Origin: a virus
Strand: one strand, 5' to 3'
Length of the DNA stretch: 64,000 nt
IMG/VR virus record: IMGVR_UViG_3300031251_000002
Coordinates: 32,001-96,000 of that record
Shown here piece by piece: positions 39,488 through 49,941 of this stretch (positions are counted from its first letter, which is position 1; each line of letters opens with the position of its first letter). The position numbers and the translations under genes were made by a program. The notes beneath the pieces are model-generated. The model saw nothing but the letters and a program-made list of their open reading frames with translations, made no database searches and was not told the origin of the DNA.

Positions 39488-39921
39488 TGTCAACTCTAAG
39501 TGTTCTACTCAATGCTGTCCTCCGAGCCTCTGCGACCCCTGCTCAGGAGCCGCCCATTTCGCTCCTCACCGAAGTGCGGCGGCTCCCATCTTTCTGGAAT
39601 CTGGCAGAGACTGAGGATGATGTACCAGCCTTTCGAGTTGTCTATCGTCTCCCGAGCGATCTCATGGGGTTCGGGTGCATGGATCTCTATCGGGGCAACC
39701 GGTATGAAGGCACTGTAGAAGCCTTCTCAATTTTGAAACTACAACGTGAATATGGATTCAATCAGCTTGAGGCCGAACGGTTTTGTGACTATGCGTGGAA
39801 CTTTCGCTGGGTGCTGCTTAACAGCAGCAACCGCCGGTACACGCAGGAGCTTTCGCTTCACCGGATCCTCGATGCTGTTGACCTCGGAACTAATGATCTC
39901 GTCATCGGAGAAGAAGGATAA
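39487..39921 (+). CDS. Hypothetical protein
   Basis: 144-aa ORF filling the gap before the protease. Confidence 0.55.
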   Translation: MSTLSVLLNAVLRASATPAQEPPISLLTEVRRLPSFWNLAETEDDVPAFRVVYRLPSDLMGFGCMDLYRGNRYEGTVEAFSILKLQREYGFNQLEAERFCDYAWNFRWVLLNSSNRRYTQELSLHRILDAVDLGTNDLVIGEEG

Positions 39922-39924
39922 TCT

Positions 39925-41889
39925 ATGAGCGTCCTCCGCGATACCGCGATCTTCTCTGGTTTCAAACTTACCGAAGGCGTTACTAACGCTACGACCGGGC
40001 GTAAGCCATTGGTTGTTGAAGGCGTTTTTCAACGTGCAGATGTTCTCAACGCTAATCACCGGGTTTACCCGAAGGCTCTTTGGGAGAAGGTTCTAACGAA
40101 CTCTTCGCTCAAGGAGGCTCTTAACAACCGCCGCATGTTCGGTGAAGTCGATCACCCAGCGGATTGGCGTATGGCGCTTGCTCGTACATCACATGTCATC
40201 ACTGACCTGAAGATGGACGAGAGTGGCAACATCATCGGTAAGGCAGAAATCCTCCCGACCCCGACTGGCCTTGTTCTAGAAGCGATTCTACGGGCTGGCT
40301 GTGAGGTTGGCATTTCTTCGCGTGGAACCGGCTCAACATCCTCGACCAACGAAGGTCATGAGGTTGTTGGTGAAGACTACCAGCTAGAGACCTTTGATTT
40401 CGTAGCAACACCCTCGACACCGGGGGCGTATCCGAAAATGGTTATGGAGACTATGGAACGCGCCCAAGCGATGGAAGCGCGGATCATGGATAGTTTATTT
40501 AAGTCTGTTACCCCTGCGAAGAAGGAGGAGGTTAATGAGATGAGTCTTGATGGCTACCGTGCCTTGGAGCGCGAAGCCTCAGAACTGATCCGGATCAAGG
40601 TCAAAGGCATTGATGCTGCGACCCGTACTCTCGTTCTCAATAAGATCGAAGAGACCATGGGCAAGGTGATCAAGGCTGGTGAGGCGGATAAGACCGTCGC
40701 CGTCCTGTCCGAGTCAATGCTGAAGTCGCTTGAGAAGAAGCGTTCCAAGCTATCGCCGGTTACGGAAGAGGATGTTCTACCACAGGAAACCAACGTTCCT
40801 GATTACTCTAGTGCGGCTGCGGACAAGCTAGAGGATGACGGTGACGATGATGCTGATGACAAGGAAGCCGACGACGAGAAGTCGTCCAAAGAGGAAAATC
40901 GCGCAATGAAAAAGTTCAATCGTCTCTTTACTGAAGACGATGACATGCCCGAGTTCCTTAAGAAGAAGGCTGACAAGGCTGACGGCAAAGACAGCGATGA
41001 CAAGGACGAGGCTGAAGAGGTGAGCAGCGCGGACTCCAATTCTCCGATGGAGGATGAGGAGACGGCGGGTGAAGTTACTTCTGACATCAACGCCGAGATC
41101 CCGAACGTTTCCGCTGAGTCGATTGACCGCCGCGTGTCCGCATTCCTTAGGGAAGAGATGCCAGACAACTTCAAGAAGGATGACGACAAGGACAGCGATG
41201 ACGACGACGACAAGGACGAAGACGCTGCTTCTGAGTATTCACCTGAGAAGCCTGTCAACTCATCGGATGACATCGTGACCGCTACCGAGTCGGATATCCG
41301 TGGCTTGATGAAGGTTCTTTCCAAGAACCCGGCCAAGCTGGAGTCCTTCATCCGTGGAACCATCAAGATGGTTAACGCGGAGCGCAAGGCTCGTCGCGTA
41401 TCGGAAGCCAAGGCCATCAAGTTTGGCAAGGTTGCCGAGGCCGTGATCAAACGCCACAAGAAGGCGTCCAAGGTCAACGAGGCCGCTGGTCCGCTAGCTG
41501 CCAAGTACAAGTTCGTTTGCGAGGCTGTGGCCGAGCTACAGCGTCGTTATTTCTCTCTCAAGAACAAGTTCCTCATCTCAGAGGCCCTGATCGAAGCGGG
41601 CGTTCCGAGCAAGGAGCGGGCGGAATGGGTTCAGACTCTCTCGACCCTGACCACACGCGAGCAGCTTGTCCGTGGTATTCAGAAGGTAAAAGCGCTCTAC
41701 ACCGAGGAGGACGAGAAGCCATCCGACGACAAGAAGGATGACGAGCAGTCTGACGAGAAGAGCGAGTCTACAAAACAGCCGAAACCGGGCGCAGAGAATC
41801 TCTCTGAGTCCAAAGACAAGCACGACATCTTCATTACCGAAGGTGCCGCAATTTTTGCAAACGCCCGCTCAAAGCGTGGCTTGCGCTAA
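39925..41889 (+). CDS. T4 gp21-like prohead protease fused to an acidic/coiled-coil scaffold region
   Basis: VEGVFQRADV.N.NHRVYP, FGEVDHP, SHVI..L, GKAEILPTP.G, VGISSRGTGS, FDFVATPSTPGAY; Asp/Glu/Lys-rich C-terminal two thirds. Confidence 0.93.
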   Translation: MSVLRDTAIFSGFKLTEGVTNATTGRKPLVVEGVFQRADVLNANHRVYPKALWEKVLTNSSLKEALNNRRMFGEVDHPADWRMALARTSHVITDLKMDESGNIIGKAEILPTPTGLVLEAILRAGCEVGISSRGTGSTSSTNEGHEVVGEDYQLETFDFVATPSTPGAYPKMVMETMERAQAMEARIMDSLFKSVTPAKKEEVNEMSLDGYRALEREASELIRIKVKGIDAATRTLVLNKIEETMGKVIKAGEADKTVAVLSESMLKSLEKKRSKLSPVTEEDVLPQETNVPDYSSAAADKLEDDGDDDADDKEADDEKSSKEENRAMKKFNRLFTEDDDMPEFLKKKADKADGKDSDDKDEAEEVSSADSNSPMEDEETAGEVTSDINAEIPNVSAESIDRRVSAFLREEMPDNFKKDDDKDSDDDDDKDEDAASEYSPEKPVNSSDDIVTATESDIRGLMKVLSKNPAKLESFIRGTIKMVNAERKARRVSEAKAIKFGKVAEAVIKRHKKASKVNEAAGPLAAKYKFVCEAVAELQRRYFSLKNKFLISEALIEAGVPSKERAEWVQTLSTLTTREQLVRGIQKVKALYTEEDEKPSDDKKDDEQSDEKSESTKQPKPGAENLSESKDKHDIFITEGAAIFANARSKRGLR

Positions 41890-41904
41890 CCGGAGGAAGA
41901 TTCA

Positions 41905-43314
41905 ATGGCCGACCTTTTTGAATCAGTCCTAAGCAAAGGTAAGCACCTTGCCGAGAACGACTGGCGGGCTTACTTTGCTGCACAGGACGGCACCCTAGCT
42001 CTAGATGAGTCTAGCCGTGCGTTGACTGCCTATCTCCTAGAGGTAGAAAAGCAGTACATCAAGAATCTTGATGAGGACACGCGAATTGCCTCAATCGGAT
42101 CTTTCGAGAAGTACGTCTTCCCGATCATCCGTGCGGTATTCCCGAACCTCGTCGCAACCGAGCTAGTCTCGGTTCAGCCCATGCAGGGACCAACCTCGTT
42201 GGTGTTCTACATGGACTTCAAGGCTGGATCCAAGAAGGGTTCAGTCAACCTCGGTGACACGCTTATCTCGTCCCGTACGGGTCAGCAGGCGTCCACCAGC
42301 TACTCAGGCGAGCTAGTTGACGCTGAGCAGGCTTACACGGGCGACGGCGCGACGGTTACCTTCACGGGTGCCAACCTGTCGTACTTCCCGCTTCGTCCTC
42401 TGTCGATCACGGTCAGCACCCTCGTTGGCGCTGTCCTGAAGACGGCTGTTGACGATGGCAATGGCAACCTCGTTGGTGCTGGTTACACGACCGGCGCTGG
42501 CGAAAACACCATCAACTACTCCACTGGCGCAATCAACCTCAAGTTCTCGGTTGCTCCGGATTCCAACGCGATCACCGTTGCGTACAACTACGCTTCGGAA
42601 GCTTCACTACAGGTTCCGCAGATTGATGTCAGCATCACCTCGGTCCCGGTGACGGCTCGTCCGCGTAAGCTCCGTGCCCGTTGGTCAGTTGAAGCCGCTG
42701 CCCAGCTTCGCGCCGTTCACGGTGCGGACGTTGAGACAGAAGTAACAACGGCCATGGCCGAAGAGATCCGTTTCGACATCGACCGCGAGATCATCAACGA
42801 TCTCACCACGGTTGCTGCCGCTCCGGACAACTCGACCCACGATTTCTGGTTCTACACCGCCGCGCCGACCGGCATCTCGTTCTTTGAACACAAGATGACG
42901 ATCCTCGATACGTTCATCGCTCACTCCAACTACATCTTCAGCCAGACGCGCCGTGCAACTGGTAACTGGATCGTAGCTGGCGTCAACGTTTGCTCGATCA
43001 TCGAGTCGCTCCCAGTGTTCAAGGCGATCTCGGTAACCGGTTCGGGCGTTGTGTACATGGGCGACCTCATGGGCCGTTGGAGGGTCTACAAGGATCCTTA
43101 CATGGCTACCGACTCGTTCCTCGTTGGTCACCGTGGTGCGTCGTACATGGACACGGGCTACATCTACGCTCCGTGGATCCCGCTGTACACGACTCCTACC
43201 GTGTACCTCGATGACTTTGTTGGCCGTAAGGGTCTCCTGACTGAGTACGCGAAGAAGATCGTCAACGGTCTCTTCTACACTCAGGGCCACATCGTTCACG
43301 GTTCACACCCGTAA
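41905..43314 (+). CDS. Major capsid protein (T4 gp23-like)
   Basis: FPIIRAVFPNL.A.ELVSVQPM.GP.SLVFY, VTARPRKLRARWS.EAA..L.A.HG.D.E, EI..DIDREII..L, GNWIV, GYIYAPWIPL. Confidence 0.96.
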   Translation: MADLFESVLSKGKHLAENDWRAYFAAQDGTLALDESSRALTAYLLEVEKQYIKNLDEDTRIASIGSFEKYVFPIIRAVFPNLVATELVSVQPMQGPTSLVFYMDFKAGSKKGSVNLGDTLISSRTGQQASTSYSGELVDAEQAYTGDGATVTFTGANLSYFPLRPLSITVSTLVGAVLKTAVDDGNGNLVGAGYTTGAGENTINYSTGAINLKFSVAPDSNAITVAYNYASEASLQVPQIDVSITSVPVTARPRKLRARWSVEAAAQLRAVHGADVETEVTTAMAEEIRFDIDREIINDLTTVAAAPDNSTHDFWFYTAAPTGISFFEHKMTILDTFIAHSNYIFSQTRRATGNWIVAGVNVCSIIESLPVFKAISVTGSGVVYMGDLMGRWRVYKDPYMATDSFLVGHRGASYMDTGYIYAPWIPLYTTPTVYLDDFVGRKGLLTEYAKKIVNGLFYTQGHIVHGSHP

Positions 43315-43339
43315 TAGTCTCTAGTTACTCGGTTCATCT

Positions 43340-43376
43340 GGGGCGGCGGTAGATAGTCCGCCGCCCCTTTTCTTTT
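43340..43376 (+). terminator. Intrinsic terminator after the capsid gene
   Basis: GGGGCGGCGG/CCGCCGCCCC stem then TTTTCTTTT. Confidence 0.88.
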
Positions 43377-43386
43377 AGGGGGCGCT

Positions 43387-44130
43387 GTGCAGCTATCACG
43401 CGGACAGTTAAACGCCTATCTGTTGAGAAAGCTAGGTCAGCCCTTTTTCAAGGTTGAGCTAGACGAGGATCAACTCAACGACGCGGTAGTGGATGCCCTG
43501 CTGTGCTACAGCCGGTGGAAGCCGGTTCGTCTGTACCGTGCCTTTGCCGGTCAGAACGGCATTCTGAAGCTTGACTCAACTACGACACCAGCAGTTCCGG
43601 TCGGTGCCAACGGCATCCTTGACTGGAGCTTTGTTAACAATCTCGCGCAGGGGAACCCGAACATTGAGTCCCAGATGTTGTCTGGGACATTCGCGTACTA
43701 TGGCGTTCGGTCACCTCTGTACGACCTTCGCTTCCTAGAGTACCAGCGCGAGTGGATCCGCTTTGCGGGTAAGGCGCTGAACTCCTACCCGGACCTTGCC
43801 TTCCGTCTCAATGAAGAAACCGGTGTGCCAACGCTGTGGCTCTACTCGCCCGGTGCGGCCACGGACTTTGATGTGACGTTCTCGATGCAGCACACGCCCG
43901 ATCTCAAGAGCATCCCGGACTTCGATGAGCCACGGATCAAGGGTCTGGCTCTTGCGGCAGCGAAGAAGACTTTGGGTCAGATTCGTTCTAAGTACGACAA
44001 GATTCTTGTCGCCAATACGACCATGCAGCTTAATGGTCCTGCCCTTGTTACTGAAGGTGAGGAAGAGTGGAATGCTGAAGAGAGCCGCCTGATCAAGTCG
44101 GTTGCGGATCAGATTCCAATCTGGGTCTAA
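43387..44130 (+). CDS. Neck / head-tail adaptor protein (T4 gp13-like)
   Basis: YLLRKLG.P...VEL..DQL...V.DAL; LA.AK..LG.IRSKY.....LNG..L..EG..E. Confidence 0.85.
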   Translation: MQLSRGQLNAYLLRKLGQPFFKVELDEDQLNDAVVDALLCYSRWKPVRLYRAFAGQNGILKLDSTTTPAVPVGANGILDWSFVNNLAQGNPNIESQMLSGTFAYYGVRSPLYDLRFLEYQREWIRFAGKALNSYPDLAFRLNEETGVPTLWLYSPGAATDFDVTFSMQHTPDLKSIPDFDEPRIKGLALAAAKKTLGQIRSKYDKILVANTTMQLNGPALVTEGEEEWNAEESRLIKSVADQIPIWV

Positions 44131-44131
44131 T

Positions 44132-46267
44132 ATGGCACGACTAGCAGTAGACATCCCTATCGGTTCGCTGGCAACCTACGTCTATCCGGGCGGATATGAC
44201 TCCACCAAGCTCGGCCTTGGCCCGCTCATGCGGCAGGACTCATCCGGGTTCGTTGGGCCGTATACGACAGTTGTTGGCCATCCGGTTGAGCAGACGACAA
44301 ACGTTCCGTCCTTCATGCCGTGGGCCATGCAGTGGTCCAGCACGATTGACTGGATCTTTCTTGCGGATCAGGCTGCGGCTGGAACGACCCGTCGAATCAA
44401 CTACTACACCTACAACCGGTCTACTGGTGTCCTGAACTGGGCTGGCTGCATCATCACTACTCCGCCTTCAGGAACCAACCACACGATCCGTGCGCTTCGT
44501 ATGACCTACGACCTCCATACGGTCGGAACGGTTGCTGTCACTGGAACTACAGTGACTGGGACTTCAACCAAGTTCTCAACGGATCGTGCGTGTGTCGGTA
44601 ACCGCATTGGCTTTGGCAGCACGGATCCTACGCAGATTGTTACTTGGTACGAAATCTCTGCCATCGGTAGCGACAGTTCGATCACCCTGACGACCTCGGC
44701 TGGGACCATCGGATCCGGCTCCACATACGTGATCGAGGATCTTCGCGCAGTTACCCTGAACACGGCTGCGACTACGACAAACGGCGGCATGTTCGTGACC
44801 AAGGGCCTACGGCCCGAGATTTTCATTCAGACGACTGGAACCACCGTTGCCGCCGCTACGACGGTTGATAATGCCCGCTTTACGTACTGGCTTGCGGATG
44901 CTTCTACTGTTACCAATATCACCGGATTCGGTCTGGCGTTGCCGCCTGTTGTGGACAAGCAGACACAGTATGCGTACGCGCTCGATACGGTCGCCAACCC
45001 CGTCTGCTTCAAGTACAACCTTCGCGCTGCCCTGTCCTTGACCGCCGGTAAGGACACAACGTCTCTTGTGTTCAAGACTGGCTCGGGTGGTGCGCTTTCT
45101 GGTACAGCGTCACAGGTTAACAATGCTCGCTATGCCTCGACCAACCATGGTCCGGGGAACGGTTTGAACTGTATCTACTTCACGACGACAACCAAGATTT
45201 ATCGAACCAACGATGTTTCGACGTTCTCAGCCGCCTCTACGACATGGGTGGCCGACTCGGCTTCGGAGATTCCGCCGGGTGGCGTGAATACGTTTGCCGC
45301 TTCGTCGCTGATGAACTGCATCGAGTATTCATCGTTGATTGACCGTTTCGTTATTGCGGTCAACGCGACAACAACTCCGTTTCGCTCCTACCTAACCCAG
45401 TACCGCACCGATGCTGGCCAGTTTGATCAGGCGTTCGGGCTTGATAACCGCCAGATCGACCAAACGACCGTTGACTCCACCACGACCCCGGTTCCTACAT
45501 TGACGGGTGGCCCGTATACGATTTGGGAGACGGCTGGACTGTGTTACTTGGCGGGCATCGGTACGACTGCAATCACCAACCGCCTGTACGTTGTTCCGTT
45601 GCTGGCGGACTGGGAGTACGCTTCGGTCTCTAACTGTCGCGTGGTCTTTCCGGCCATCTCGACGCCGAATGCCAACAAGTACGTTCGTGCGTACGCTTGC
45701 ACAGACGAGATCATTGGAACTGGAACCTCTGGACACAATTTGGGGTTGCCGACTGAAGCGTATCGGATGTACTACCGAACCTCAGGCATCTCTGACAACT
45801 CTGGCTCTTGGACGCTGCTTGGAGATTCACATGATCTGACAGGCGTTGCTGGGGCGTCACAGATTCAGTTGATGGCTGAGTTCCGCATGCTCGGACCCAT
45901 CATGATTCCGGCCCGTCTTCTTGTGGTCGGGGTTGTCTATGACGACCTGACGACAGATTCCCACTACCAGCCTTCTGCCACGCTTTCCTCTGCTTCGACC
46001 AAGAAGTTCGCATGGCGCTTCTCGACTGCGTTTGGAACCACGGTTCCAGCCTTGCGAGTTCGGTTGATAGATGCGGTCTCGGGTGGCGTGTACGTAGACG
46101 ATAACACGGGCGCTCCGACTGGAACCTTTGAGGCGTCTACGAACGGCGGCTCTACGTGGTCGGCGTGGACGAATGCCGACAAGGGCAACGATACGACGTA
46201 CCTCCGGTACACCCCGGCTTCGCTTGGGGACAACCTGACCATTCGTGCGTTGTTGACGCTGAACTAA
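44132..46267 (+). CDS. Large virion structural protein (beta-rich, fibre/collar-associated)
   Basis: GTVAVTGTTVTGTSTKF...Y.I..I.SD.SITL module typical of fibre proteins; position in structural cluster. Confidence 0.65.
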   Translation: MARLAVDIPIGSLATYVYPGGYDSTKLGLGPLMRQDSSGFVGPYTTVVGHPVEQTTNVPSFMPWAMQWSSTIDWIFLADQAAAGTTRRINYYTYNRSTGVLNWAGCIITTPPSGTNHTIRALRMTYDLHTVGTVAVTGTTVTGTSTKFSTDRACVGNRIGFGSTDPTQIVTWYEISAIGSDSSITLTTSAGTIGSGSTYVIEDLRAVTLNTAATTTNGGMFVTKGLRPEIFIQTTGTTVAAATTVDNARFTYWLADASTVTNITGFGLALPPVVDKQTQYAYALDTVANPVCFKYNLRAALSLTAGKDTTSLVFKTGSGGALSGTASQVNNARYASTNHGPGNGLNCIYFTTTTKIYRTNDVSTFSAASTTWVADSASEIPPGGVNTFAASSLMNCIEYSSLIDRFVIAVNATTTPFRSYLTQYRTDAGQFDQAFGLDNRQIDQTTVDSTTTPVPTLTGGPYTIWETAGLCYLAGIGTTAITNRLYVVPLLADWEYASVSNCRVVFPAISTPNANKYVRAYACTDEIIGTGTSGHNLGLPTEAYRMYYRTSGISDNSGSWTLLGDSHDLTGVAGASQIQLMAEFRMLGPIMIPARLLVVGVVYDDLTTDSHYQPSATLSSASTKKFAWRFSTAFGTTVPALRVRLIDAVSGGVYVDDNTGAPTGTFEASTNGGSTWSAWTNADKGNDTTYLRYTPASLGDNLTIRALLTLN

Positions 46268-46440
46268 TGGCCTTGACTGACATCGTTTTTGGCGAGGGCG
46301 ACGAGGCGGGGTTTCTGGTGCAGACCGGAACGGGAAGCTATTCAGGCACCCTGACTGACGCCGTAACGAACGAGACGATGACTACTAAGGTTCCTCTTAG
46401 CGGAGGAGCGCCCTCAGGCTCCGTCATTCAGGTGTCGTAA
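46267..46440 (+). CDS. Small structural protein (57 aa)
   Basis: TAATG-coupled on both sides; MALTDIVFGEG... Confidence 0.6.
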   Translation: MALTDIVFGEGDEAGFLVQTGTGSYSGTLTDAVTNETMTTKVPLSGGAPSGSVIQVS

Positions 46441-46961
46441 TGGCCGTTCGGCGCTCCACCCCACTGATCGTGAGCTTCGCAGCGATTGACAGTTCCCTGC
46501 GCCCTGCGCGTAAGACGGGGATTACCTTCTCATCCGGGGACAGCAAGATTTCCAAGGATGGGGGTTCGTTCGCCAACACCGGGAATCTGCCTGCTGAGAT
46601 TGGTTCGACGGGGAGGTATTCGCTTTCTCTGTCGGCGGCGGAAGCAAACGCGGCATGGGTCCATGTCTCGGTTGAGCATACGGGCATGGATCCCGTGGAC
46701 ATCACCATCGGTACGAACGCTGATCCGTCTGGCTCAGTAGTTTCCAACGGGGGTAACACTGCCTCGACCTTCAAAACAGATCGCTCTGAAGCGACGACTG
46801 ACTTTTGGAAGGATGCCCTCCTACTCTTCACTTCTGGCTCCTTGGCAGGGCAGGTCAAGAAAGTCTCGGCCTTTGACGGGACTACCAAGTTCGTCACTCT
46901 GTCTTCAGCCTTCACAGCGGCTCCATCAGCCGCTGACCTGTTTGTGTTGATCAACGCATGA
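46440..46961 (+). CDS. Virion structural protein
   Basis: ISKDGGSFA...EIG.TG.YSLSL.AAE; D.W....L.FTSG.LAGQ...V..F.G. Confidence 0.65.
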   Translation: MAVRRSTPLIVSFAAIDSSLRPARKTGITFSSGDSKISKDGGSFANTGNLPAEIGSTGRYSLSLSAAEANAAWVHVSVEHTGMDPVDITIGTNADPSGSVVSNGGNTASTFKTDRSEATTDFWKDALLLFTSGSLAGQVKKVSAFDGTTKFVTLSSAFTAAPSAADLFVLINA

Positions 46962-47878
46962 GCTTCATCCTTTTCGATAGCTTCCAGACTGGGACGACCT
47001 ACGACATGTCGCTGGACATGGGGGCTGTTACTTCCGGCTTCTCTAACGCCGAGAACCTCAGTGCGGTTGGTAGCCTTGGGCTAGCTGCCGCTTCCGGTCT
47101 CACGGAGATCAGCGATCTCACGGCTGTCAGTGCCCTTTCGCTTTCTGCCATCCCGGCTATCTCGGAGACGGGCCTGCTGCTCCTGTTCCCGATCCTAGGG
47201 TTGCCTGCGACCTCGGACTTCGGGGAGTCTTCCTCCCTCCTGACTGCCGGTTCGACTAACTTATCGGCCACGACGGGCATGGGCCAGAGTGGTGGCCTTA
47301 TCGCTCTGGGGGCCTTGAGCCTTGGCGTGTCGGCAGCGTTGGCCGATAGCGGTGGACTGCTGCTAGAGGGCACCCTATCGCTCCCTGCCTCGTCTGCGCT
47401 TTCTCAGACTCAGACAGCGGCTTTGGGCGCTGCCGTAGCGTTCTCGGGCGCTTCTGGGCTGGCTGAAGCCTCTACATTGGCCGCTATTTCGTCCCTGAGC
47501 CTCCCTGCGGCCTCCGGGCTGCTTGGAGGGGGCCTTCTGGCCGCTGTTGCCTCTTTGCCCCTCTCAGCGGCTTCTGGCCTGTCCGAGACGGGCGGGTTGG
47601 CGTTCTCGGCTACGCTGGAACTAGACGCCACCTCGGCCTTTAACAGCTTGCCGGGATTGGCCTTCGATGTCGCTACGCAGCTTTCCGTAGCTGCCGATAC
47701 GGTAGTAATCAATGTGGTTAATTTTTCAAGCATTTTGACCCTAACGGGTATCTCGGGTTGGATTATTGATAGTGAGGTTTCAGGCGCAGCGCCGCCCTCT
47801 GCAACTTACAAGCTTCCGCTGTCCATGGTGTTGGATGCCCCGGCCCCATTTCAAGCGGTGATTCGTAGAACGAAATAA
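46958..47878 (+). CDS. Low-complexity Ala/Ser/Gly/Leu repeat structural protein
   Basis: About 21-aa LSL.A.SG repeats. Confidence 0.6.
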   Translation: MSFILFDSFQTGTTYDMSLDMGAVTSGFSNAENLSAVGSLGLAAASGLTEISDLTAVSALSLSAIPAISETGLLLLFPILGLPATSDFGESSSLLTAGSTNLSATTGMGQSGGLIALGALSLGVSAALADSGGLLLEGTLSLPASSALSQTQTAALGAAVAFSGASGLAEASTLAAISSLSLPAASGLLGGGLLAAVASLPLSAASGLSETGGLAFSATLELDATSAFNSLPGLAFDVATQLSVAADTVVINVVNFSSILTLTGISGWIIDSEVSGAAPPSATYKLPLSMVLDAPAPFQAVIRRTK

Positions 47879-47886
47879 GGAGATTT

Positions 47887-48453
47887 ATGGATTTCACGCA
47901 TAAGAGCAAGAGCGACATGGGACAGGCAGCGGGGCTGGAAGCGGGTGCGTCTTCCTCTCTCGGGGCTTCTCCTCACACACACTACAAGGTTGAGTGCTTC
48001 GCTCCAGACGGTTCACTTCGTTGGGTTGAGGACTTCGACAACATCGTAGTCACGGCTGGCAAGAACATCCTCCTAGACTCGACTATCAAGACGGGTGTTA
48101 CCTCACCAACATGGTATGTCGGTCTGAAGGATACGGGCACCGTGTCTGCCGCTGACACCATGGCCTCGCACTCGGGCTGGGCTGAGCTTGGCGCTTCGAC
48201 ACCAACGTACTCAAACGCCACGCGCCCTGCCTTCACACCGGGTTCGATTTCAGCCGGTTCGGTTGACAACTCGGGAGCCAAGGCTGTGTTCAACATCAAT
48301 GCGACCCGGACTGTCTACGGGTGCTTCCTAGCGAACAACAGCACGGTTGATGGAACGACAGGCACGTTGTACGGAGCGGGCGATTTTGCCTCCTCCCGTT
48401 CGGTTATTTCGGGCGATACACTAAATGTCACAGTTACTTTGACAATCACTTAA
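47887..48453 (+). CDS. Virion structural protein
   Basis: N.VV..GKN.LLD...WYVGL...Y....RP...F.INAT.TVYG.FL...GDTLNVT. Confidence 0.7.
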   Translation: MDFTHKSKSDMGQAAGLEAGASSSLGASPHTHYKVECFAPDGSLRWVEDFDNIVVTAGKNILLDSTIKTGVTSPTWYVGLKDTGTVSAADTMASHSGWAELGASTPTYSNATRPAFTPGSISAGSVDNSGAKAVFNINATRTVYGCFLANNSTVDGTTGTLYGAGDFASSRSVISGDTLNVTVTLTIT

Positions 48454-48481
48454 ATCGCCAGACAGATTGTGAGTTCATGCT

Positions 48482-48513
48482 GCTGGCGTCCCGTTTGGAC
48501 GCCAGCGGTTTTT
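48482..48513 (+). terminator. Probable intrinsic terminator
   Basis: GCTGGCGTCC/GGACGCCAGC stem then GGTTTTT. Confidence 0.7.
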
Positions 48514-48532
48514 AGACTGAAGGACTTCGCTG

Positions 48533-49495
48533 ATGGCGGTTAGTTATTTCATTGCCCCGCCGGGGGTTTCTTTTGGTGACTCCACCTTAGGAAACACCGC
48601 TGGTGACACGGGGACAGTCGGGGGCCGACTCGTCCTTGCCGGTGGCAATAACATAACCCTGAGCGGCTCGTCCTCGGGCGCGTCACTAACCCTGACGATT
48701 TCGGGGCCGAACGGCGGGGGTGCAGGTGTTTCGACACTTGGCAACACGCTAGGCGCGACCGGAACTGTCGGTGGCCAGCTAGTCTTTGCTGGTGGTAGCA
48801 ACATCACGCTGAGCCAGTCTACGAATGGCAACTCAGCAACCATCACAATCCTAGGGGTCAACCCTTCGGCTGGCACTCAGACAGCCGGTATCTCCAACCT
48901 AGGTAACACGCTTGGCACCTCCGGTGTCATCACCGGTTCGGCCATTGAACTAGTCTTTGCGGGTGGTAACAACATTACGTTGAGCCAGAGTCTCAACGGT
49001 AGCTCGGCCACGATCACAGTTATCGGTCCGACTATCGCCTCATCTTTGACAGCAATCAACCTTTCGGCAGGTACGACAAGTAACAACCTATCTGCCTTCG
49101 TTCTGAGTAACTCAAACAACATCAGTTTTGGTCTCAACGGGTCAACGATCACAGCGATAGTAACCGTTGCCTCCAGTCTGACGGCGATCAATGTTTCGGC
49201 AGGTACGACCAGTAACAATCTCTCGGCTCTCAGTTTCAACAACGCTAACGGGGTCACCTTTGGACTCAATGCCTCGACAATCACCGCTTCGGTCGCTGCT
49301 CAGTCAAACCAGACTCTCGGCATGTATGCCATTGGGACTACGGCAGGGGCGGCGTCATCAACAACTATGGATGCGCGTAGCATCTCGTTCTCTGCATTTG
49401 GACCAATGAGTTTAGGCTTTTCAGCATCGTCGGTTTTGTTGTCGCTTGATGGCGCACTGTATAGCCCGATGCATGCATTTTTAGGAGGCATCTAA
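48533..49495 (+). CDS. Repetitive fibre-like protein 1
   Basis: Three GNT.G...LV.AGG.NITLS repeats and two SAGTTSNNLS repeats; ends AFLGGI. Confidence 0.7.
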   Translation: MAVSYFIAPPGVSFGDSTLGNTAGDTGTVGGRLVLAGGNNITLSGSSSGASLTLTISGPNGGGAGVSTLGNTLGATGTVGGQLVFAGGSNITLSQSTNGNSATITILGVNPSAGTQTAGISNLGNTLGTSGVITGSAIELVFAGGNNITLSQSLNGSSATITVIGPTIASSLTAINLSAGTTSNNLSAFVLSNSNNISFGLNGSTITAIVTVASSLTAINVSAGTTSNNLSALSFNNANGVTFGLNASTITASVAAQSNQTLGMYAIGTTAGAASSTTMDARSISFSAFGPMSLGFSASSVLLSLDGALYSPMHAFLGGI

Positions 49496-49920
49496 TGCCG
49501 TTCACGCAGAACATCAACCCCACGTTTCCCAAGCAGCCACAGAACGGGAAGATCCAGATCCTCAACGGAACTGGAACAGCGAACGTCACGGTCTACACCG
49601 CTGGCGCGAGCGGCACCAAGGTGGTTGCGATCCTAGTCTCCAGTACGGACACCTCGCCCCGCGATGTCCAGATCAAGGTTACCAACGGCGGCACCGACTA
49701 CGTTTTGGGCACCAAGACCATTCCCGCCAACTCGGGAACTGCTGCCGGAACTGCCGCAGTGAACCTTCTTGACCCGAACGTAATCGTCGGTCTTCCGCTA
49801 GATAGTGACGGCAACCCGTTCATCTATCTGATCTCAGGGGACACCTTGACCGCTGCCGCGCTGACTACAGTGACTTCGGCTAAGGCAATCAACATCAACG
49901 CGGTTGTGGCTGACTTCTAA
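49495..49920 (+). CDS. Fibre-associated small protein 1
   Basis: Paralogue of 51972-52394 (YTA...G.K...I...STDTS.R...GGTDY..GT..IP...GT). Confidence 0.7.
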   Translation: MPFTQNINPTFPKQPQNGKIQILNGTGTANVTVYTAGASGTKVVAILVSSTDTSPRDVQIKVTNGGTDYVLGTKTIPANSGTAAGTAAVNLLDPNVIVGLPLDSDGNPFIYLISGDTLTAAALTTVTSAKAININAVVADF

Positions 49921-49941
49921 AGTCTAGATAGAGAGTTAAAA

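Noticed and set aside
39925-43314. Inteins or introns in the protease, capsid or rtcB genes
   Set aside because: No intein motifs or frame breaks; the extra protease length is scaffold-like and the capsid insert is a compact beta domain.
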